Origin: a virus
Virus genome (UHGV): UHGV-1727221
Direction: 5' to 3' (one strand)
DNA: 14,789 nt
Positions 1 through 7,273 of the stretch are shown here, in pieces. The notes under the pieces were generated by a model. That model made no database searches. It was not told the origin of the DNA and worked only from the letters and a program-made list of their open reading frames with translations. The position numbers and the translations under genes were made by a program. Positions within the stretch are counted from its first letter, which is position 1, and each line of letters opens with the position of its first letter.

Positions 1-55
1 CGGCATACGAGATTCCTCTACGTCTCGTGGGCTCGGAGATGTGTATAAGAGACAG
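1..55. other. Illumina Nextera library adapter (3' part of P7, 8-nt i7 index, Read-2 transposase adapter with Tn5 mosaic end); not biological sequence
   Basis: 1-13 cggcatacgagat matches the end of P7; 14-21 tcctctac is an 8-nt index; 22-55 gtctcgtgggctcggagatgtgtataagagacag matches the Nextera Read-2 adapter plus 19-nt mosaic end. The ORF-track start codon at 41 lies inside this adapter. Confidence 0.9.
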
Positions 56-553
56 GTAGATAAAGGTATCAAAGCCGAACTGTTTGAATCCATGCTTGGT
101 GGATTAAAAGAGCTCTTTGTTGAACACAACGTTGTTGTTCCAGAAGAATCAGTTGATGTTGTAGCTGAAATGGAAGAAGAGCTGCAAGAACATAAAGAAG
201 AATCAGCTCGTCTGTTCGAAGAACTCAATATGCGCGACGCATATATCAATTATGTGCAGCGTGAAGTGGCATTGAGCGAAAGTACTAAAGATCTGACTGA
301 GTCTCAAAAAGAAAAAGTCTCTGCTCTGGTCGAAGGTATGGATTATTCAGATGCATTCTCAAGTAAATTGAGTGCAATCGTAGAAATGGTGAAGAAGTCT
401 AATAAAGATGAAAGCACTATTACTGAGGGTATAAATACTCCTGATACTGAAGCAGCCGGACTAAATTTCGTCACTGAAGCTGTAGAAGATAAAGCTGCAC
501 AGGGTGCAGAAGATATTGTAAGTGTATATGCGAAAGTCGCATCTCGTTTCTAA
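56..553 (+). CDS. 22: Prohead core scaffold protein gp22, C-terminal fragment (5' end truncated by the adapter junction)
   Basis: Open frame continuous from the adapter junction to TAA at 551-553; acidic, low-complexity protein ending ...SVYAKVASRF, directly upstream of gene 23 as in T4. The true N-terminus is absent. Confidence 0.8.
   Translation, partial: VDKGIKAELFESMLGGLKELFVEHNVVVPEESVDVVAEMEEELQEHKEESARLFEELNMRDAYINYVQREVALSESTKDLTESQKEKVSALVEGMDYSDAFSSKLSAIVEMVKKSNKDESTITEGINTPDTEAAGLNFVTEAVEDKAAQGAEDIVSVYAKVASRF
430..437 (+). promoter_or_regulatory. T4-type late promoter box TATAAATA inside the 3' end of gene 22, candidate late promoter for gene 23
   Basis: Exact TATAAATA at 430-437, about 135 nt upstream of the gene 23 ATG (572). 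T4 late promoters (gp55/gp33-dependent) have this -10-like consensus. Confidence 0.45.
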
Positions 554-571
554 TTTTAAAGGTTAACACAA

Positions 572-2137
572 ATGACTATCAAAACTAAAGCTGAACTTTT
601 GAACAAATGGAAGCCATTACTGGAAGGTGAAGGTTTACCGGAAATTGCTAATAGCAAACAAGCGATTATCGCTAAAATCTTTGAAAACCAGGAAAAAGAT
701 TTCCAGACAGCTCCAGAATACAAAGACGAAAAAATTGCTCAGGCATTTGGTTCTTTCTTAACAGAAGCTGAAATCGGTGGTGACCACGGTTACAATGCTA
801 CTAACATCGCTGCAGGTCAGACTTCTGGCGCAGTAACTCAGATTGGCCCAGCTGTTATGGGTATGGTACGTCGTGCTATTCCTAACCTGATTGCTTTCGA
901 TATTTGTGGTGTTCAGCCAATGAACAACCCGACTGGCCAGGTATTCGCACTGCGCGCAGTATATGGTAAAGACCCGGTCGCTTCCGGTGCTAAAGAAGCA
1001 TTCCACCCAATGTATGGTCCAGATGCAATGTTCTCTGGTCAGGGTGCTGCTAAGAAATTCCCAGCTCTGGCTGCTAATACCACTACAGTCGTAGGTGACA
1101 TTTATTCTCACTTCTTCCAGGAAACTGGTACCGTATATCTGCAAGCTTCTGCTGTCGTAACACTTGATTCTAGCGCGACTGATGCTGCTAAATTAGATGC
1201 CGAAGTTAAAAAACAAATGGAAGCTGGTGCACTGGTAGAAATCGCTGAAGGTATGGCTACTTCTATCGCTGAACTTCAGGAAGGTTTCAACGGTTCTACC
1301 GATAACCCATGGAATGAAATGGGCTTCCGTATCGATAAACAAGTTATCGAAGCTAAATCTCGTCAGCTGAAAGCTGCTTACTCTATCGAATTAGCACAAG
1401 ACCTCCGCGCTGTTCACGGTATGGATGCTGATGCTGAACTGTCTGGTATTCTGGCTACAGAAATTATGCTGGAAATCAACCGCGAAGTTGTTGATTGGAT
1501 TAACTACTCAGCTCAGGTTGGTAAATCTGGTATGACCCTGACTCCGGGTTCTAAAGCTGGTGTATTTGACTTCCAGGACCCAATCGATATTCGTGGTGCT
1601 CGCTGGGCAGGTGAATCCTTTAAAGCTCTGTTGTTCCAGATTGACAAAGAAGCAGTTGAAATTGCTCGTCAGACTGGTCGTGGTGAAGGTAACTTCATTA
1701 TCGCTTCCCGTAACGTAGTTAACGTTCTGGCTTCAGTTGATACCGGCATTTCTTATGCTGCACAGGGTCTGGCTACCGGCTTCAACACTGATACTACCAA
1801 GTCAGTATTTGCTGGTGTTCTGGGTGGTAAATACCGTGTATATATCGACCAGTATGCTAAACAGGATTATTTCACTGTAGGTTATAAAGGTCCGAACGAA
1901 ATGGATGCTGGTATTTACTATGCTCCATATGTAGCTCTGACTCCGCTGCGTGGTTCCGATCCGAAGAACTTCCAACCGGTAATGGGATTCAAAACTCGTT
2001 ACGGTATCGGTATCAACCCATTTGCAGAATCCGCTGCTCAGGCTCCGGCTTCTCGCATCCAGAGCGGTATGCCTTCTATTCTGAATAGCCTTGGTAAAAA
2101 CGCTTACTTCCGCCGTGTATATGTTAAAGGTATCTAA
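572..2137 (+). CDS. 23: Major capsid protein gp23 (precursor)
   Basis: 521-aa ORF beginning MTIKTKAELLNKWKPLLEGEGLPEIANSKQAIIAKIFENQ and ending RRVYVKGI, near-identical to T4 gp23 as I recall it (also 521 aa); AAGG Shine-Dalgarno upstream. Confidence 0.97.
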   Translation: MTIKTKAELLNKWKPLLEGEGLPEIANSKQAIIAKIFENQEKDFQTAPEYKDEKIAQAFGSFLTEAEIGGDHGYNATNIAAGQTSGAVTQIGPAVMGMVRRAIPNLIAFDICGVQPMNNPTGQVFALRAVYGKDPVASGAKEAFHPMYGPDAMFSGQGAAKKFPALAANTTTVVGDIYSHFFQETGTVYLQASAVVTLDSSATDAAKLDAEVKKQMEAGALVEIAEGMATSIAELQEGFNGSTDNPWNEMGFRIDKQVIEAKSRQLKAAYSIELAQDLRAVHGMDADAELSGILATEIMLEINREVVDWINYSAQVGKSGMTLTPGSKAGVFDFQDPIDIRGARWAGESFKALLFQIDKEAVEIARQTGRGEGNFIIASRNVVNVLASVDTGISYAAQGLATGFNTDTTKSVFAGVLGGKYRVYIDQYAKQDYFTVGYKGPNEMDAGIYYAPYVALTPLRGSDPKNFQPVMGFKTRYGIGINPFAESAAQAPASRIQSGMPSILNSLGKNAYFRRVYVKGI

Positions 2138-2150
2138 TCTTTGACGATTT

Positions 2151-2182
2151 AAGGGACCTTCGGGTCCCTTTAGTTGTTTTTA
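2151..2182 (+). terminator. Intrinsic terminator-like hairpin after gene 23 (stem aagggacc / ggtccctt, UUCG tetraloop, then T-rich tract)
   Basis: Perfect 8-bp inverted repeat 2151-2158 / 2163-2170 around loop ttcg, followed by tagttgttttta. Confidence 0.55.
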
Positions 2183-2185
2183 TGG

Positions 2186-2193
2186 TATAAATA
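2186..2193 (+). promoter_or_regulatory. T4-type late promoter TATAAATA for gene 24
   Basis: Exact TATAAATA at 2186-2193, 27 nt upstream of the gene 24 ATG (2221), with AGGAA Shine-Dalgarno between. Confidence 0.55.
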
Positions 2194-2220
2194 AATCATA
2201 TAAACCAAAAGGAAAGCGCA

Positions 2221-3504
2221 ATGGCTAAAATCAACGAACTTCTGCGCGAATCAACCACAACGAATAGCAACTCAATCGGTCGCCCAAATCTCGTTGCTTT
2301 GACTCGCGCTACCACTAAATTAATATATTCTGACATTGTAGCAACGCAAAGAACTAATCAACCTGTTGCTGCTTTTTATGGTATCAAATACCTTAACCCA
2401 GACAATGAATTTACATTTAAAACTGGTGCTACTTACGCTGGCGAAGCCGGATATGTAGACCGAGAACAAATCACAGAATTAACAGAAGAGTCTAAATTAA
2501 CTCTCAATAAAGGCGATTTATTTAAATATAATAATATCGTTTATAAAGTATTAGAAGATACTCCATTTGCTGATATTGAAGAAAGCGACTTAGAGTTAGC
2601 TCTTCAGATTGCAATTGTTCTTTTAAAGGTTCGTCTATTTTCTGACGCAGCGTCAACAAGCAAATTTGAAAGCTCTGATAGCGAAATTGCGGATGCTAGA
2701 TTCCAGATTAATAAATGGCAAACCGCGGTTAAATCTCGTAAACTTAAAACTGGTATCACAGTTGAATTAGCGCAAGATTTAGAAGCAAATGGATTCGATG
2801 CTCCTAATTTCTTGGAAGATTTGCTTGCAACTGAAATGGCAGATGAAATCAATAAAGACATTCTGCAGTCTTTGATTACAGTGTCAAAACGCTATAAAGT
2901 TACAGGAATTACTGATAGCGGATTCATCGATTTGAGTTATGCATCTGCTCCTGAAGCTGGTCGTTCATTATATCGAATGGTATGTGAAATGGTTTCGCAT
3001 ATCCAAAAAGAATCAACTTATACAGCAACGTTTTGTGTTGCTTCAGCTCGTGCCGCTGCGATTCTTGCTGCATCAGGTTGGTTAAAACATAAACCAGAAG
3101 ATGACAAATATCTTTCACAAAATGCCTACGGGTTCTTAGCTAATGGTTTACCGCTTTATTGCGATACTAACAGCCCATTAGATTATGTAATCGTTGGTGT
3201 AGTAGAAAATATCGGTGAAAAAGAAATTGTTGGATCCATTTTCTATGCTCCGTATACAGAAGGTCTTGACTTAGATGACCCTGAACATGTGGGTGCATTT
3301 AAAGTTGTAGTCGATCCAGAAAGCTTGCAACCATCTATCGGTTTATTAGTTAGATATGCTTTATCAGCAAATCCTTATACCGTAGCAAAAGATGAAAAAG
3401 AAGCAAGAATAATTGACGGTGGAGACATGGATAAAATGGCGGGTCGTTCAGATTTGTCTGTTTTATTAGGTGTTAAATTACCAAAAATTATTATTGATGA
3501 ATAA
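2221..3504 (+). CDS. 24: Capsid vertex protein gp24 (paralog of gp23)
   Basis: 427-aa ORF (T4 gp24 is 427 aa as recalled), N-terminus MAKINELLRESTTTNS; internal similarity to gp23 (VELAQDL...LATEM..EIN versus IELAQDL...LATEI..EIN). Confidence 0.95.
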   Translation: MAKINELLRESTTTNSNSIGRPNLVALTRATTKLIYSDIVATQRTNQPVAAFYGIKYLNPDNEFTFKTGATYAGEAGYVDREQITELTEESKLTLNKGDLFKYNNIVYKVLEDTPFADIEESDLELALQIAIVLLKVRLFSDAASTSKFESSDSEIADARFQINKWQTAVKSRKLKTGITVELAQDLEANGFDAPNFLEDLLATEMADEINKDILQSLITVSKRYKVTGITDSGFIDLSYASAPEAGRSLYRMVCEMVSHIQKESTYTATFCVASARAAAILAASGWLKHKPEDDKYLSQNAYGFLANGLPLYCDTNSPLDYVIVGVVENIGEKEIVGSIFYAPYTEGLDLDDPEHVGAFKVVVDPESLQPSIGLLVRYALSANPYTVAKDEKEARIIDGGDMDKMAGRSDLSVLLGVKLPKIIIDE

Positions 3505-3507
3505 AAC

Positions 3508-3534
3508 AAAGGGACCGAAAGGTCCCTTTTTATT
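3508..3534. terminator. Bidirectional terminator-like hairpin between convergent genes 24 and rnlB (stem aaagggacc / ggtcccttt, GAAA tetraloop)
   Basis: Inverted repeat 3508-3516 / 3521-3529 with loop gaaa, flanked by A/T runs on both sides; lies between the gene 24 stop (3502-3504) and the rnlB stop (3534-3536, minus). Confidence 0.5.
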
Positions 3535-4538
3535 TAGCTCAACAACTCAATCCAAGCTGGACGAAGTACATCTTGTACCATTTTAACTAATTCCTTTTTA
3601 ATCAAAGAAGGATTATCTGCTTGAGTTAGAGTAATACCTTCACGAGAAGTTTCTTCCAAAATATCTTGGACAGTTAGACCCATCACCTTTCCAAAATCCT
3701 TTGGACCAATTTCACCAATTTTAGAAATAACGTTATTTACCCGGTTCAGTGTAACGTAACAAGCTAAAATTCCCACCAATTTGTTATCAGCTTCTGATAG
3801 CTCAACTTTAGCTTTAATAGGCTTATCAGACTTTTTCTTTTCACTAAATTTGGAATTCTTGCATTTAATTGCTACACGATTTCCATTATGAAGCCAAGAA
3901 GGATAACAAGGTTTCAATACATATCCTTCAGCAGTAAATACTTCGCCTTTTGCTTCGGCATTCCAAACGCATTTATTTGCATCAACTAATCCAGCATGGT
4001 CTACTGTAAAATTATAATCTTGGACGACAGAATCTAAATCATTTGGCAATTTAATAAGTTCTTCAAATTTACCGCGACCTAAAAGTGGAGCAATTTTAAA
4101 TTTAAATGTATTACAGAATGATTCCATCATATAATCGTCGACATAAGTCACATCACCACTTTCTGTAGTGACAATAATGTCAAATACATAAAAATCTTTA
4201 TCGCCATAATCGACATTCTTCTGAATGCCAGGTCCAGCGAATTCGCCAAAGACTTGATAAGATACAACCGCTGAGGTTTCCATAATATCTTGTACTGCTT
4301 TAATGGAATCAGCGTAATTCTTTAGAATAATTTCATACCCAAAGAAATCTTCAGCGGGAAGAATCGGTCCAGTACGCTTAGCGCAAGTTACTTTATCACG
4401 CTCAATAATCAATGAGAAATTTGTGCCGTGAATCTTTTCACGAGCTACCCACTCCCCACCAGTCAATCCCAAGCTATAAAGTTTTTCAATAAATTTAGAG
4501 TTGTAATGATTTTCAAGACTGCTATACTTTTTAAACAT
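3534..4538 (-). CDS. rnlB: RNA ligase 2 (Rnl2; ATP-dependent nick-sealing RNA ligase)
   Basis: 334-aa ORF matching T4 Rnl2 in length and sequence as recalled; covalent nucleotidyltransferase motif I KIHGTN (Lys35), motif IV-like EGYVLK and motif V-like AIKCKN are present. Confidence 0.95.
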   Translation of the reverse strand: MFKKYSSLENHYNSKFIEKLYSLGLTGGEWVAREKIHGTNFSLIIERDKVTCAKRTGPILPAEDFFGYEIILKNYADSIKAVQDIMETSAVVSYQVFGEFAGPGIQKNVDYGDKDFYVFDIIVTTESGDVTYVDDYMMESFCNTFKFKIAPLLGRGKFEELIKLPNDLDSVVQDYNFTVDHAGLVDANKCVWNAEAKGEVFTAEGYVLKPCYPSWLHNGNRVAIKCKNSKFSEKKKSDKPIKAKVELSEADNKLVGILACYVTLNRVNNVISKIGEIGPKDFGKVMGLTVQDILEETSREGITLTQADNPSLIKKELVKMVQDVLRPAWIELLS

Positions 4539-4547
4539 AATTAATCC

Positions 4548-4826
4548 TCAAAATGTAATTTCTAACCAATCACCATCACGCTGATCACTATTGACTTTAA
4601 AGCTAAATCCTTCTTTTCTCAGCCAATCACCAATTTCTTCAGTAATCAATTTATCACGAGCAATACAATAATAACTAAAATGCGTTTTACCTTGTTCAGC
4701 TGCTTTATTAGCAAGTTCCGAAAAATCTTTAATAAAGCACTCTAGTTTAAACTGTTTACTTTTGAATGCTTTTTCGCGTAATTGATTAGCAAAAGATTCA
4801 TTTTCATAAAGATCATACTGTTCCAT
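4548..4826 (-). CDS. 24.2: Small hypothetical protein (T4 24.2 position)
   Basis: 92-aa ORF immediately downstream of rnlB on the same strand, 10-nt gap; the name is assigned from position in the T4 gene order, not from a recognised motif. Confidence 0.55.
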   Translation of the reverse strand: MEQYDLYENESFANQLREKAFKSKQFKLECFIKDFSELANKAAEQGKTHFSYYCIARDKLITEEIGDWLRKEGFSFKVNSDQRDGDWLEITF

Positions 4827-5028
4827 TTTTCACCTTTTTATTGATATGTCTTTTTCTATAGACAACTTTTTCTCGAGTTTCAAATTTATTCTTAGCAGTC
4901 ATAGCTCGAGCCCATAATACAGCCACTTCTTTTGCCTGTAAGTTCAATTCACGAGCAATTTCAATGAATGACTTTCCAGACTCATGAAGAGTAAACACCA
5001 CAACCTCAGTTCTCATAATCAATCTCAT
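4813..5028 (-). CDS. 24.3: Small hypothetical protein with a probable helix-turn-helix (T4 24.3 position)
   Basis: 71-aa ORF overlapping the 24.2 start by 14 nt; contains an HTH-like segment SGKSFIEIARELNLQAKEVAVLWARA and a basic C-terminus. Confidence 0.5.
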   Translation of the reverse strand: MRLIMRTEVVVFTLHESGKSFIEIARELNLQAKEVAVLWARAMTAKNKFETREKVVYRKRHINKKVKNGTV

Positions 5029-5095
5029 GTTATCGAGTTGGTGCCATTATATACATCATTTTCTGATTGTGTTTTGTGTGCTTTCAAAATGAAGA

Positions 5096-5113
5096 AAGGG
5101 GCCGAAGCCCCTT
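5096..5113 (-). terminator. Hairpin 4 nt downstream of the hoc stop (stem aaggggc / gcccctt; the loop reads UUCG on the minus-strand transcript)
   Basis: Inverted repeat 5096-5102 / 5107-5113 around a 4-nt loop; sits between hoc (stop 5118-5120) and the 24.3 start. Confidence 0.45.
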
Positions 5114-5117
5114 ATGA

Positions 5118-6533
5118 TTATGGATAGGTATAGATGATACCAGTTTCTAAAGCAGTTTTGTGAATGATGTATCCATTACGTGATTCTTGGACATCAACTT
5201 CTGGATAGTCTTTCATCATCTTCTGAAGAGTGTAACGATGCAAGTAATACTTACTACCCGGATCGTCAATTTTCCAATCTTTACCTTCTTCAGTCATTTT
5301 TTGGATTTCATCCATAACCCACCAACCGCACCAGATGTAAGCTGAAGTACGATGTGGAAGAGGATGAACATAAGGTAGTTCACCTTCTGGTTCAATTGGA
5401 GTCCGTTCAGCAATAACAACTTCAGCTGTTGAACTAATTGTCTTTGAAGTGTAATTATCTTTAGTTAATACTGCTTCAACTTTAATTGTATGAGTACCCG
5501 CTGAGGAGGTATCAATACTATAAGTATTAGTAGAATTACTTTCTGCTACGTTGTCTTTCTTCCAAGAGTACACAATATTAGTATCACCAGGAGCACCAGT
5601 AACAGATGCTGTTAAAGTTGCAGTTCCACCAACAGTAGTATTAACTGATGGCGGAGATAAAGAAATGGTGGCACTATTAAATGTCGCATTATTAGTTACT
5701 ACTGTTGCTTCTGCTGAAATTTCTTTTGTAACATAATTTGTTGCAGAAACAGATGCGGTGCATTTAAGAGTTTTACTTCCGACTTCGGTCGGAGTGAATT
5801 TATACGTAGCAGAAGTTGCATCCGGAATATTACTGTCATCCATTGACCATTGGAATGTTATAGTAGCACCTGAAGGTGCACTAGAGACATTTGCAGTTAA
5901 AGTAATAGGAACACCAAAGACTGTAGTCGGAGACTCGGGTGTAATTTTTAGCGTCGAAGAATTAGCCTTTTTATTTACAGTCAAAGAAACCGCTGATGAT
6001 TCTACTGTTTTATCAACGTAATCAGTTGCAGTCACTGTGACAGAGCAAGTTATAGACTTAGTTCCTTCAGTTGTTGGTGTATATTCAAAGGTTGATTGCT
6101 TTTGACCGTCAACAGCGACCCCGTCAACTTTCCATGTATAATCAATAGCAGCACCAGTAGGTTGATTGCTTACATTAGCAGTGAATGTTGTTGCTGTTCC
6201 AATTTCTACTGCTGCAGGAGAAGCCGGAGTAACAGTGATAGTGGAATTATTTTCTTTCTTATTAACAGTGATAGTTGTTGATGCTTCAGCTATTTCCGGA
6301 TCTCCTGCGGAAAGTGTATTAGTTGCAACCACTTTAATTTTTTTTGTTCCTGCTGGAGAAGCAAGAGTATAATCCATTGTAGCAGCCGTAGAGCCCTGTG
6401 TTATATCATCTACAGTCCAGACGTATGTAATAGTACCATCTGGAGTTTCACCTGCAGGTGTAGCAGTGAATGTTTGTGAACCTCCAATAACCCCTGTAGG
6501 AGTTAGAGGAGATAACGTGACAGTGAATGCCAT
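5118..6533 (-). CDS. hoc: Highly immunogenic outer capsid protein Hoc, enlarged variant with four tandem Ig-like modules plus a C-terminal capsid-binding domain
   Basis: 471-aa ORF rich in Thr/Ser/Val with four repeats of about 90-95 aa (pattern T(F/L)TA(N/S)V..P.G..I.Y.W..D(D/G/N)...K.I.C.); conserved C-terminus ...YIWCGWWVMDEIQKMTEEGKDWK...IIYTYP; located between 24.3 and inh as in T4. Confidence 0.85.
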   Translation of the reverse strand: MAFTVTLSPLTPTGVIGGSQTFTATPAGETPDGTITYVWTVDDITQGSTAATMDYTLASPAGTKKIKVVATNTLSAGDPEIAEASTTITVNKKENNSTITVTPASPAAVEIGTATTFTANVSNQPTGAAIDYTWKVDGVAVDGQKQSTFEYTPTTEGTKSITCSVTVTATDYVDKTVESSAVSLTVNKKANSSTLKITPESPTTVFGVPITLTANVSSAPSGATITFQWSMDDSNIPDATSATYKFTPTEVGSKTLKCTASVSATNYVTKEISAEATVVTNNATFNSATISLSPPSVNTTVGGTATLTASVTGAPGDTNIVYSWKKDNVAESNSTNTYSIDTSSAGTHTIKVEAVLTKDNYTSKTISSTAEVVIAERTPIEPEGELPYVHPLPHRTSAYIWCGWWVMDEIQKMTEEGKDWKIDDPGSKYYLHRYTLQKMMKDYPEVDVQESRNGYIIHKTALETGIIYTYP

Positions 6534-6542
6534 AAGTTATCC

Positions 6543-7223
6543 TTATTTTAATGTTACGAAAGAAGAGTTGCGTGTTTCACGAATTAAAACTGATCCGTCA
6601 CGGTTAATGTAATAAATTAAGCTAAATAAAGTTTGGTGTGCTGACGCATGTTCAAAACTAGTTGGGTGAGATTTCCAATCAGGAGTTTCAGCAATCCATT
6701 GATAAATCCACCAAGGAACAGTACAGAATCCTGGATTTTTTCCAATCAACTGAAGATTTGGGCTAAAGTTTTCCGGAAGAGTAAATACAGACGGCTTTTC
6801 AGATTCAATAATCTCAGCTACAGCCTGTTCAAATTTTTCTTCAACAAATGGAGTATCTTCAATCAAAACTGAGGTATTTTCAGGAATTTTATCCGTTTCT
6901 ACTACTTCAATTTTAATGTCAGATTTAACCGGAGAATCAATCAAAAGTGCTGCTTCTGGATTGACTTCTTCATCGTCATATTTTAACCCCTCTGCAGCAT
7001 CAGCAGCATCAATTAAGTCTTTAATAGATAACCCATCAGTCTCCGGCATAGGTTCACTAGCGAGCTTCTGGAGGGCTTCTTCAATATCAACAACGATATT
7101 ATCAAAAGATTTATTCTTTTTGACCTTTATACCAAACTGTTCAGCATATTCAGCTAATTTAGCTTTAGCTTCTTTGTTATCATCAAGAGCCTTCAGCTCT
7201 GCAATATAATCTTTATCTATCAT
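6543..7223 (-). CDS. inh: Inhibitor of prohead protease gp21 (Inh)
   Basis: 226-aa ORF (T4 Inh is 226 aa as recalled) directly upstream of hoc on the minus strand, separated by 9 nt; acidic N-terminal half. Confidence 0.8.
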   Translation of the reverse strand: MIDKDYIAELKALDDNKEAKAKLAEYAEQFGIKVKKNKSFDNIVVDIEEALQKLASEPMPETDGLSIKDLIDAADAAEGLKYDDEEVNPEAALLIDSPVKSDIKIEVVETDKIPENTSVLIEDTPFVEEKFEQAVAEIIESEKPSVFTLPENFSPNLQLIGKNPGFCTVPWWIYQWIAETPDWKSHPTSFEHASAHQTLFSLIYYINRDGSVLIRETRNSSFVTLK

Positions 7224-7236
7224 AATATTTCCTCAG

Positions 7237-7244
7237 TATAAATA
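7237..7244 (+). promoter_or_regulatory. T4-type late promoter TATAAATA upstream of uvsW
   Basis: Exact TATAAATA at 7237-7244, 29 nt upstream of the uvsW ATG (7274), in the 50-bp inh-uvsW intergenic region. Confidence 0.5.
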
Positions 7245-7273
7245 TAGATATATTTATTACATGGTATTTAGAC

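Noticed and set aside
41-55. ATG at 41 used by the ORF track as the start of the 170-aa ORF
   Set aside because: The start codon and first five codons lie in the Nextera adapter; the real gene 22 is 5'-truncated and begins upstream of the window.
758-1144. 128-aa minus-strand ORF inside gene 23
   Set aside because: Antisense to the near-certainly genuine major capsid gene, with no RBS or promoter context; typical spurious ORF.
2604-3118. Minus-strand ORFs (85 aa and 64 aa) inside gene 24
   Set aside because: Antisense to gene 24 with no independent signals; chance open frames in AT-rich DNA.
5551-6372. Four plus-strand ORFs (61-87 aa) inside hoc
   Set aside because: Antisense to hoc; the Thr/Ser/Val-rich repetitive coding sequence gives stop-poor complementary frames; no start signals.
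6648-7209. Plus-strand ORFs (74 aa and 97 aa) inside inh
   Set aside because: Antisense to inh, low-complexity translations, no RBS.
7251-7258. Possible minus-strand late promoter for inh (plus tatttatt, AATAAATA on the minus strand)
   Set aside because: One mismatch from TATAAATA at the first position; not strong enough to annotate without transcript mapping.
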